The translations under genes and the position numbers were made by a program. Shown one piece after another: positions 1-11,089 of a stretch of DNA of 37,745 bases; the first letter of the stretch is position 1; the number at the start of each line of letters is the position of its first letter. The DNA comes from Squatina squatina. Taxonomy: Eukaryota. Location of the stretch: NCBI GenBank assembly GCA_031763465.1, contig JARFOE010000192.1, positions 7,923,352 through 7,961,096 of the forward strand. The letters are read 5' to 3'. The notes below the pieces were generated by a model. The model ran no database searches, was not told where the DNA came from, and saw nothing but the letters and a program-made list of their open reading frames with translations.

Positions 1-2356
1 CAACTTATTAAATCTTTTCATTCTTATGGTTTTGCACAATAGCATTACAGCACACTGCTACCTGTTAAAATATTACCATCAGATTGACAGTCTGCAATTT
101 GCATATCCAATCAAATAAATTAAAAACTCAGTTATTATATTATGTTCCACCCAAAATATATACTGACTAATACATTGTGCATTTATAGCATTTTCTGTTT
201 TATGTCACATTTCCAATGTTTAAGGATATCACAAAAATTAAGTTGTCTGATGGAATAATTTAAATCTAAAAACATTCTTCACTGCTAAATGAAGCAAATA
301 CAAGTTATAATTATGATTAAAATTGTAGGTACAATGGAACCTAAATCAACTGTTTTTCACCACACATAGATAGTAACATGTAACATCCTTCCTGCAACCA
401 AACATAAAGTGAAACCTCATTTTAACAAACTGCTAATACAAACTTCAATTTTTCCTCATTATGGCTGCAGCTCCATAAAGGCAGGTTCAGGAACTCAGGT
501 AAAAAATCCTGATGATTTACAACTGTAATAATGATGTTTGACTGCAATTTAGTTTAACTTGAATGATAATTTTATGAACGTGTTTTATGTGAACATGTTT
601 TTTTAAACAATGGCATCAAGTCTTTGTAGGAACATTTATTTAGCAGCTGAAAACCGAAAGACATTAATCAATTAATGTCAGGTCTCTGCCACGCTTTCAC
701 ATCTTCACATTTGTGTGCTAGGGAGGAAATGACCTCACATGGTGCAGTAATATTAAAGAGGCCATTTCCTTCTTGGTTTTGCAAAGTGGTCACAATAATA
801 GTTTGATTAAAAAGATAATAAGGCTTTTAAAATAGTCGCACACGTGTCTGACCTTACCNNNNNNNNNNNNNNNNNNNNNNNNNNNNNNNNNNNNNNNNNN
901 NNNNNNNNNNNNNNNNNNNNNNNNNNNNNNNNNNNNNNNNNNNNNNNNNNNNNNNNNNAAGCTGCTTCTTTATATTTGGTTTGTTTGCAGGAAGTTCCTG
1001 TTATTCAATGACCTCTTCGATCAAATCACTTTAACACTGTCATAACCGTATTGATTTCTTACAGACCTTTATAGTTTCTACAAATGAAAAATTAAGAAGT
1101 TAAGCATTCAATTAAAAGAAATCTTGGCATGTTAATGGCTTTCTATCTATGTGGCAAATCTGATGAGTGCATTTATTACAGCACTTAGAAAAATCAAAGT
1201 TGCATGTACCACTAATGAATTATGTTATCTACATCATGTCAGGAATATTTCACTGTGCCAGTCCATCAAAGGAGATCCTTGGGGAAGATTGCTTCTATGT
1301 GCCAAGTGCATAAAAATTGTAAACCATTATTTATAAAATGGCGTATCATTTTAAACTTGGAACTATCTATTTATCTAATTTTATTTTATGTTTCAATATT
1401 TTATCTTTACAGCAGTAAATGAAGTTTTAACACTAGCAAATGGAGACTGTGGTATTTGTGTGGGACTAGCAAAGTTTCAATGTGTGTGTGTAGACTTTAT
1501 CACATAAGAAGTTCAATGGCTAATGTGGAGTAAAGTTGCAGATTGTGTGGTCTGGTTGTGGGGGAAGATGCGTGACACTAATAACTGTACTGAATGTCTC
1601 ACATTCATACCACATCTGTGAGAAACATATACCAGGGCTGTTGAGAAATAAGCCTCAACCAAAGGTACTCAACAGATAATACTCCATAGCATATGATTAC
1701 ATATAACTTATTGACTGAGTGTACTTAGCTAACGTTTAAAGAATATGTTTCAAATAATTTCTTAATTAAATTAAATTAAATATGAACGTTAAATGAAATC
1801 AACTTCAAGCTCTGCATATGAAATTTGCTAGGAAAAATGTATCTTCCTTGTTTACTTTTTTTTATTATAAAAGTAGAATAGGACAAAAGTAAGGTTGGAT
1901 TAGAATATAAAAATTTCAAAATTACTTGTTCACAAAGGAGACATTCTGTTGTGTTCTAAATAGTGCATTGTCAATTGCAGAAGCCATTCCCTCAAGTTCC
2001 TCAATCCATCATGTACCATTTCTATGTGTATTACCAATACAAATCTTTTTTCAGTAAATTTCATTCTTAGATTATTATTCTGAATAACGATTTACTCAGG
2101 CATACCGNNNNNNNNNNNNNNNNNNNNNNNNNNNNNNNNNNNNNNNNNNNNNNNNNNNNNNNNNNNNNNNNNNNNNNNNNNNNNNNNCATTAGAGTTCAG
2201 CTTTGTATTTTAATGTATAGTTTGTAGATTTAAATTCCTATAATACAGCACAAAAAATTAAAAATAAAAACGCCAGGAACAGGTGTGCCTTATTGTATAA
2301 GAGAAAGCTGTAGAAGAATATGGTGTAAATACATAAATGCCTTTTACCTGTCTCAC

Positions 2357-2396
2357 CTGACAGCTGGGAAATGTCCTGTGCCTCTTCAGTTTCCAT
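2357..2396 (-). CDS. IKZF1: Ikaros family zinc finger 1, first coding exon (METEEAQDISQLS-G)
   Basis: The exon spans 2357-2410 on the minus strand. It has a polypyrimidine-CAG acceptor (ctttgctcctcgccacag), a 14-nt UTR part, 40 nt of CDS and a CAG|GTGAGA donor. The peptide matches the Ikaros N-terminus as I recall it (human MDADEGQDMSQVSG, fish METEEAQEMSQ). The 40-nt phase-1 structure and the position downstream of VWC2 fit the conserved block. Confidence 0.88.
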
Positions 2397-2925
2397 ATTC
2401 TGCTGGTGTTCTGTGGCGAGGAGCAAAGGAATGATGTAGCAAGTTACTAGATAGATGATAATGAAACTGCTTACTATTCTAACTCACTAGATGCTGTGGA
2501 AAAATATGCCCTTCTTCCTTCAGTTCCAAGTACTCTTGAAAAAATAACTATACATTACTTCCTGACAAGGAGACCCTGATCTTTCACAGATTACAAAGAT
2601 GTATAGAAATTTCATTACAGGCAGAGGTTGACAAAATTTGTTATTTATTGTTAATTTCCCACTCCATAATAACCCAAAAATGCAAACTGACTGCAACAAA
2701 ATTAAGCAGAAAATTAAAGGGCCCTGGGTCATTGTATGTGAAGAGAAGCACAGAATTCATTCTCTGGTTGATCTATAGTTATGTTCTCTCTAATTTACTG
2801 AGCATGCATCGATGAACCTTGAGTCNNNNNNNNNNNNNNNNNNNNNNNNNNNNNNNNNNNNNNNNNNNNNNNNNNNNNNNNNNNNNNNNNNNNNNNNNNN
2901 NNNNNNNNNNNNNNNNNNNNNNNNN

Positions 2926-3143
2926 ATTCTCTACCACAGAAGGCAGTTGAGGCCAAATCATTAAATATATTCAAGAGGGAGTTAGACATAGCTCTTGAGG
3001 CTCAAGGTATCAAGGAATACAGAGAAAGCAGGGACAGGGTACTGAAGTTGAAAGATCAGCCATGATCTCATTGAATGCCGGAGCAGGCTCGAAGGGCCGA
3101 ATGGCCTACTCCTGCTTCTGTCTTCTACGTTTCTATGTTTCTA
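2926..3143 (+). mobile_element. CR1-clade LINE 3' end (HER1-like)
   Basis: The ORF2 tail ...NSLPQKAVEAKSLNIFKRELDIAL is followed by a 3' UTR (gatcagccatgatctcattgaatg...gaagggccgaatggcctactcctgct) and a ttctatgt-type terminal repeat. The 5' side is cut by a gap. Confidence 0.85.
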
Positions 3144-3899
3144 ACTAAATTTAGCCTAGTATTCTGTTTCAAAATTTTACTTTTAGTCTTGGATACTTCT
3201 TTTAACAATTCAGTTTTCGCTTTCTATATTTTAGTTTCTCACAAAACTCAAGGCCGTCAGAGAGAACAAACTGGTGCTTGAACATCAACGAATATTTCAT
3301 TTGTCTATTTCAATTTGCAGTACCTCTTCCAAAAGCTGAACTACTGGCCAGTGTTGCAATCCTAGAAATAATTTTATAGTTTTTGCTAGGATTGCAGATT
3401 ACCGGTGATTGGTCACTGGAGGTGTCTGTGGACATTTGGTGAGCCTTAATATTTAACAGTTATGATGCTAAATCATGCAAAACCAGTAATGTTATTAATT
3501 ATGAGGGTCACCAAATAATAATTTTATGGTCCAAGATTTACCAACTTTACTGGTAGTTGCTTACACAAATGGCATAATATGTACAATAAGAATGTGTTAG
3601 AACAAATTACTAATTAGTCTGAATCCTAAAATGACCAATGTTTCTACTTTACCTCACCCCCCCCCACCCTGAAATATTCTGTATATACAAAAAAGATTTA
3701 TGCAAATACCTGAATACTAATTTGGCTAATAGCAAGCCTTGAAAATAAATTAGTTCCTCCTACAGCACTGCCCTACATTGTATATTGTCGGAATGACTAA
3801 TATAGCAGAACGTTTTCAATTTTCAAATTCTAGGCAGGTATGAAATAGTTTAAACATTATCTTTCAGTAGAGCATTTGCCCAATTTGTTTGTTTGAAAA

Positions 3900-4590
3900 C
3901 CTCTCAGCGACACGTGCTCGCAAACAGCTACAAGTCACAATTTATGCACGTTAGTGATCTAATAAAGTTCTCTGTGCCACAACTGCAAACAGAAGTTGTT
4001 CAAAAAGACTTCCCCAAAATAGTTCGACTGACCTTCCTCATTCTCCAAACCATGCATCTTTGCGATTCTAATGGGAAAAAGATCTTCAAATAATCTCCAG
4101 AATTACGTTTTTCGAAACTTTCAGGAGTGTAACACCTTCGTGAGAAAAGAGCACCACTGTAGTATGCAAATTCCTCAACAAGCGCTGGACTACCAACTCC
4201 TTTAGTGTTTGCTTCTGAACAAAATTAGTAAATGGTATTGTCGCGCAATGGTTTCTCACTACAAAATCATTTTAATTGATTGCGGCGGTATATAATTCAG
4301 ATTATTTCAACTGTTGCCACTAAACTACAGTAGAAGCTATTCTTTCGAAATAGTTTTTGACAGTGGCAATAATATGCTCTGGGCTTCTGCAGCGCCACAA
4401 AATAATATGCACAACGCGCCCACAAAACTTTATACACACATATATAATATATATATTTATATGTATGCATACAGGCATATTCAGATTTTTGTAGATCCCG
4501 AAATTATTTCGGCCACACACTAAACTTTTATGCAGCAATGACAGGAAAGCAGCCGAGGTAACAGGTGCCTCCTCCAAACTGTACGGCAAA
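3900..4590 (-). promoter_or_regulatory. Candidate IKZF1 promoter / non-coding 5' exon region
   Basis: The region is locally CpG-enriched and lies upstream of the IKZF1 first coding exon. It has a minus-strand donor-like AAG|GTCAGT near 4027-4035, an octamer ATGCAAAT at 4164-4171 overlapping a minus-strand GAGGAA, an E-box CACGTG at 3911-3916 and TGGGAA near 4072. Confidence 0.5.
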
Positions 4591-5354
4591 AAATATATAT
4601 AATTTGGCTTGTTANNNNNNNNNNNNNNNNNNNNNNNNNNNNNNNNNNNNNNNNNNNNNNNNNNNNNNNNNNNNNNNNNNNNNNNNNNNNNNNNNNNNNN
4701 NNNNNNNNNNNNNNCTCAACTAACAGTTCATAAGTGCATTCTTCAAAAGGATTTGATAGGAGCTTCTGAATGAGATAAACAGTGTTTTATTTATATTGAT
4801 GACTTAATGAATAAGTTTAACGAGTTCAAATAAAGTTGCTCAAGTGAAATGATTCTGAGCATCCAGTAATTAGTTATTGTTCTGCTTTTCCAACTCTTCC
4901 AGGTTCACACACTATATTTTACTTCCTTATCTAGTCTTTTCCATGTGTTCTATTTACTTTTGCATCCTGAAGTTTTTACTTCTGCTTCCCTATTCTTGTG
5001 ACCTTTAGTTCTTATTTGAATGTTACTAAGGAACAGCAGCAATAAGTTTAACGTATAATCCTGTTCAATAAGGCGGTTTCCCCTCATTTCTTCTCCTGTT
5101 TCTTTAATGCATTAGGTCAATGATTAAGCCTTCCTTCCCTTTTCACTGTTCCTTTGCTCTCTTTTAGTGAACACTTTCCTCTTCTTGACTATATGCTTAA
5201 GATTTGGGTGTTTTCTTTTACCATCCCTGCCTGTGACTCAAGTGTCAGTTTGCCCCCATAGTTAAATATCAGACTCTTAGCCTTTTAATATTGTTGCTCA
5301 ACATCTCTCATAAATCTTTACATTGATGTTATGACATGGTAGTACATAATTAAG

Positions 5355-6294
5355 GGGGGTGGGGGTATTTTAACACTACTCGCCCAGCAGAAACCAGGTG
5401 GGTGGGCAGTTAAAATCGCCCAGGCTCCTTACCCACCGGAAGGCTGCCAGGAACGAACTATTCCAAATTTTACCTGCTCTACTGCGCAGGCAACAAGGAC
5501 ACCAAAAACTGGCAGGGTCCTTCTGTACATATGCATGTTGGATCCTAATGATGTCATGCCCAAGGCCTGCCTGAAATTGGACTTCGGGCCTTATTAATAT
5601 TAATTAACAAGCTGCTGGCACCTGCTGTGCCTCCACAGGCAGCTCGCCCATTTGAAGAAATTAATTTCAGTCTGTCTCCTGTTCTGCTCTGCGATATGGA
5701 ACTTCAGAAAGTGTGCTTAAAGCAAGCTTTAAGGCCCTCATCTGCATATGTAAGGATCATAACTCCTGTTTTAGATGGCTGCCATGGACAACTGAAAAAT
5801 TACCTGACCCAATATTTTTCAGGTCTCCAGGGAGTTTGCCCTTGAAATTGACTTTCGTGCATCCCCTCTCCCGCTTTCCTCCCACCCATCCCTACTCTCC
5901 ATTCCCTCCCTTCTTCCCTCCTACTCACCTTTTCTCTATTCTGTCCCTCGCTCTCTCCTCTCCCTCCTACACAGAGGTATCGGGGCGGCCAATTCGACTG
6001 CCCTGAGTTACTGGTGCTAAGGGATGAAGTGTTGAGCGCAAATTTCTGGTTTCGGCATTCTCCCTTTAAGGCCTGCAATTTGGCACATTAAAAAAAAATT
6101 CTGACAGCTTTTAAAAATGTGCTAATTTCAGCGCTAAAGAGCCCCGGCTTAGCATTGATTATCTTAGTTAATTTCAGCAGTCGAATTGCAGAATAAGTCT
6201 AACTGCTTCCAATCAGCTCTCAGGCCACCTCACTACTTAAAGGAGGGCCTTTCCCACACACAACCACTGCTTAGGTCAGTGCTGGAGGAGCTGG
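5355..6294. mobile_element. Degenerate non-autonomous DNA transposon sequence (Harbinger/MITE-like)
   Basis: This GC-richer block starts gggggtattttaac with an internal inverted gcagttaaaat, a style seen at several other repeats in the window. It includes a polypyrimidine low-complexity tract at about 5860-5970. The boundaries are approximate. Confidence 0.4.
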
Positions 6295-6494
6295 NNNNNN
6301 NNNNNNNNNNNNNNNNNNNNNNNNNNNNNNNNNNNNNNNNNNNNNNNNNNNNNNNNNNNNNNNNNNNNNNNNNNNNNNNNNNNNNNNNNNNNNNTGCGTT
6401 AAAAAAGTCTGTAATCTAATTAATCTTTGTACACATAAAATAGTTGTTTCAAGTTCAATGAAGCAGCAGTGATCCAAGTGTCCAACTAGTTAAA

Positions 6495-6680
6495 CATCTT
6501 CTTCATGCAAAGAGCAATCAGCACTTGGAATGGAGTTCCCAGTACAGTGGGCAAGGCAAAACCCTGGGTACATTTAAGAAGCAATTGGATGGTGCAATGG
6601 GAGGACGAGACGGTGTTTCTGGTTGATGAACTAGCATGGGCCAAACAAGTTTCTTCTTCCGTGATTACTTTGTGATCTTC
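6495..6680 (+). mobile_element. Old CR1 LINE 3' fragment
   Basis: It translates as FFMQRAISTWNGVP..V..AKTLGTFKKQLD, resembling the CR1 ORF2 C-terminus (FFTQRVVxxWNxLP...FKxxLD), followed by a degenerate 3' UTR. Confidence 0.65.
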
Positions 6681-7353
6681 AGGGTTGGCTCCCTCCCTTT
6701 TTTCTAATCTCAATGGTGGCCTAGAGATGATAAAAGATAAAGGCCTAGTAGTTCGATTGCACAACACCCCTTTTTCGGGTGTGGGTCCAAGTTGGTGTGA
6801 GGCGTGCACGTGTGCAGTCCGAGATGGAAGTGTTCCAATTTTTAGGCCAAAGTCATGTTATTTGTTTGAAAATGTTGAACTTTTGACACGACAATGCATT
6901 TTCATTAATCTGCTTATCTAGCATGCCTAACGCAGCTCTAAGTGTCACACTTGAACGTGTCACATATATAAAGTGTGTGTAACACCTGCTGCAAAATATA
7001 TACAAATCACAACTGAACAGGTAGGCAACTTACCAAGCAGCATCTTAAAAGAAAGTTCAGGTTCTCTTATAGAAACTATTTCCTGAGCAACAGCAATTAG
7101 TCTCAGACTGACCTCGGGATGTGCCGATTTGCATCTTTGCCCCACTGAGAGCAGTTCAACAAGCGGAAGGTCTGATCTTTTCTGCCTTTCTGGATTTAAA
7201 GGGAAAAGCCAGTTAAATATGGCTCCACATTTGTGGCAGATAGCTTTCCTCAAGCTTACCTTTACAGGAGACATGGCTAAATATATTCTTTGTATTTATG
7301 GTAAGTGTTGGCCTTTATTTCCATGACCCTCACCCCCTGACGAATGCACAGAC

Positions 7354-7497
7354 CTGATTGACAGTGGTGCCCACAGAGCCTTGCAGCACCATCTGCAGCA
7401 TCTTCATGTTGGGTGGATTTTCACTCGTCGCCTGTGCCAGCTCCCGTGTCTTCTTCTGCATGTCCTCAATCACAGCTTCAATCGGCCTCAGGGTAAT
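7354..7497 (-). CDS. DOCK-C subfamily (DOCK6/7/8-like) GEF, single DHR2 catalytic-domain exon
   Basis: This is a 144-nt phase 0/0 exon with a ttttgcag acceptor and a CAG|GT donor. It encodes [48 protein letters not shown], containing the DOCK-C motif [17 protein letters not shown] with the nucleotide-sensor valine. I cannot assign the paralog. Confidence 0.9.
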
Positions 7498-10111
7498 CTG
7501 CAAAATATGGATTATCAGCTTGAATCCAACAGAGTGTGGAACAGAAAGAGCGATCTGGGCAACTTGCAGCAAATCATCACCTGGACAAATCCCAAAGAGT
7601 TCTTTTTGTATTTATAATCCCCCCCCACCTCTACCCTCTCTCCCTCTGCTGTGTGGGAGGTCAGGTGACTCCAGCAGCACTACTGCCCTGTTGTTCCAAA
7701 ATAACTGACGAGGCAAACTCTCGTTTACTCTCGCTGATCTCAAGCCCTGTGAGCCAATGTCCTGATGGACAGGGCGGTCCAGGCTGGGAAGCCTGTCACC
7801 TGTGGTAAATGCTGCAGTTTTAGCTAGTTAAACTCCAGCAGGATTCCTGCTCACATCTGGGGTCCCTAACCCAGTGACCATTTCTGCTGCAGACTTTGGG
7901 ATGAAGTTTAACAGAAAGAATTGTTTCGTGTCCCATCTATTAACATATCAAAATCTTACACCTGCACACATCTCCTGTCTGAAGCCTTTCTTCCTGTTGC
8001 TATGTTCTTGTCACACTTTTGTGCTAATTCTTTTCACTATCTATTCCAATGTCCATGTTTATGCTGGTAACTATGTAAGCTTGGCACATTTTTAGTACAC
8101 CTCTCTGGCATCACAGTCTTGTGTCTCATAGCTCCTCGGCCCGTGCACCAGGGAAATCCATTTGCTCCAATCAACTGTACTTCTGTGTTTCCCAAAGCTG
8201 TAAGCTTGGCTACTTAATTTTAAATAATGACAGAAAATCGACAATAGTCCCTGCTCTGTAGTGTCATCCTAGATTTGAAGTCTTGCATGACCCAGAATAC
8301 CTGGCCAGACAGAGAAAATGGAAACACTAAACGGGAAACGGGAGTTTACATTCAGGAATGATGAGTTCATCATCTGAAACCAGCATTAACAAATCCTTTT
8401 TTCGGCAGCTAATGTGGCCAAAGTGGCACTAACAAATTGGAAGCCCTGAATGATTTTGAACAGATCTATCAAATCTCCTCTTTGCATGTCCTTTGCTTAC
8501 ATCAACAATTCTTATGTATATCCCTTTGGTGGGCATGAATAGCAGCAGTTTGTACTGAACAAGAAAATAAATCTGTAAGAATCCAGGGTGCACATCCAGA
8601 TATGTTATGGTACAGGTCCTTGCCATATGCTGCATCTGTACCAGCACATATATCCCACAGCACGTTAACACGTTGAAGTTACTCCTGTAGCTTTCACCCT
8701 GCACAGCTCTTGTTCTGTCCTCTGTCCAAACAGCTCTCACTCTCCTTCTAAATAATTTTAAACTCAAGTTACAACTGATACCAAGTGTGTTCTGTAAAGT
8801 TCAGAAATAAAGGTTTCAAAATGACTTGTACACATTTGGTAGAACTTATCAATTATTCAATATACAATTTTAGGGAAACTGATATGTGCTATGTTTAGCA
8901 GCATATCGAGCCTGTTGGCATAAAGCTAGCCAGATTAGAGAAAACAGGTTGAATGTCCTATGTGCATTCCTAAATAGTCATGGGGAAATTTTCTAAAACT
9001 AAAATAAACAATTTCTTTCACATAGTCATTAACGTATTAATTGGGTTTCCTTTATGGAGAAATTCAGTTAAGCACATCAGCACACATCTGTAGAGTGATG
9101 TACTCTGAGCAAGGAGTTCCAACATGATAATAAAACAACTTTAGATTATTTTGGCTGCATGGAGAGAATTAGCCCCCAGCCCCTCCCCACAAAACAAATC
9201 TCCTCAAAACAACTAAGAATGAACTGACGTATCAAATGTGTCCTGTGAATAAATAGATAGAATTAGTATGAAGCCATTGAACTAAAAATTGATTTTAAAT
9301 CCAGCTGAGCTGAATGTGATGTTATGAAATCTATAGAAGAGTAATCAGCAATTTTTAAACGGTGTGTAGCTGACTCAAAGGAATGAAGAAAATGCTCAGA
9401 AAAATGAAACAAATAATATTATTGGTAAGTTCAGATGGCAGAATTTTATGTCTGTGAAGTTATCTTGCTCTAATCATCCATTGTTTGCTAAAAAGTGCAA
9501 GTTTTCTGCAAATTTTATGAGAAAATAGGCTGGCTTCTGTCAGAAAGGAGGGAACAGCTCAAGCCACAATTACATTCTACTTGACTGAGACAGCTTTCAT
9601 CTCCAGAATTGTTCCACATGATAATATTATGAGTAAGATTAAAAATTTACAGGGCCACTTGGGTCTTCATGTTTTTTTATCATGCTCATTTCCCTGAAAT
9701 GACACTGATCTGAAGACCTTTTTTTTTCTCTGACAGGAACTTCTGATGTTCATTTTCAGCCAGGAAAATTACACAAACTTGTGTAAAACCACAGCAGTCA
9801 GGGAAGTGGTTTTGACTCGTCAGTGTACAAAAGAGCAATGGCAAGTCACTCTGTCAAAAGTGAGACCAGACTCTCTCAGATGGCAACCTGTGGAATATAG
9901 ACTGTTAGGAAAGCAGATTTAAAAAGGTTTATGCTATAGCTTTTTCCATTTCATTTTACACTGTTATATTACAGGTATTATCTATCTAACATGAAAAGCA
10001 TATTACTATTATAAATTATGGTTAGGACATTTTTGAATTGTAACATGAGTTTATATAATGAATGGAAGAGTTAACAGTGTGGAGTTTAAGTAAAAGAGCA
10101 GTACAGTTTGT

Positions 10112-10197
10112 AAACATAGCAACATAGAAAATAGGAGCAGGAGAAGGCCATTCGGCCCTTCGAGCCTGCTCCGCCATTCAATATGATCATGGCTGAT
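10112..10197 (-). mobile_element. CR1 LINE 3' terminus
   Basis: It is the reverse complement of the same 3' UTR seen at 3050-3143 (aacatagaaaataggagcagga...ggccattcggcccttcgagcctgctcc) and runs into a gap. Confidence 0.85.
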
Positions 10198-10915
10198 NNN
10201 NNNNNNNNNNNNNNNNNNNNNNNNNNNNNNNNNNNNNNNNNNNNNNNNNNNNNNNNNNNNNNNNNNNNNNNNNNNNNNNNNNNNNNNNNNNNNNNNNTAG
10301 AACCAAATGAATACAGAACACCACATGAAAAAATGTTGTGAGCTTAGTGGAAGCAAAGCTATTTGGTTTTCCAGAAACACTATCAATGTATCCAACAACC
10401 ACAAAAAATCCTGTAAACACGCAAAGCAGCTGTTGTTAATATTCACAAAGACAGCTACACACACAAATGTTTACATTTTATGTTTGCAAGCTATTTACTC
10501 TAATGTAAAATATTGGCAGTTGTTTTACTGATACTGGTTGTACAACATTTTCCATTATTCTCTTGTGCTTTTTCCTCTATGCTTTGCTGACCTTTCCTGC
10601 TTAATGTTTATTCAAAGCTCCATGTTGAATTTTGATTGAATAGCACAGGTGTGACTACAAGGGATGACGGCCGCTGGAAAACTGTGACAAAATATTACAA
10701 ATCTGCATCATCCATTGAAAATTAAAAGTGCCAAATTGTGATGCTTGAAATATACTAGTCACTTTTTATTGCTCAGATTTGGTACAAATAATATAACTAA
10801 TTAAATATAAGTACGGTATGCAATACAGTATGTACAAAAAACAGCTTTCTTTCAGTCTCATTTTATATTTAATATAACAAAAAACCTTCTCTTCTTTTTC
10901 TGTACAATCTTTTGT

Positions 10916-11089
<174 letters not shown>

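Noticed and set aside
8429-8767. 112-aa ORF as a possible upstream DOCK exon
   Set aside because: No frame contains an RKTILTT/AFPYIKTR-like motif.
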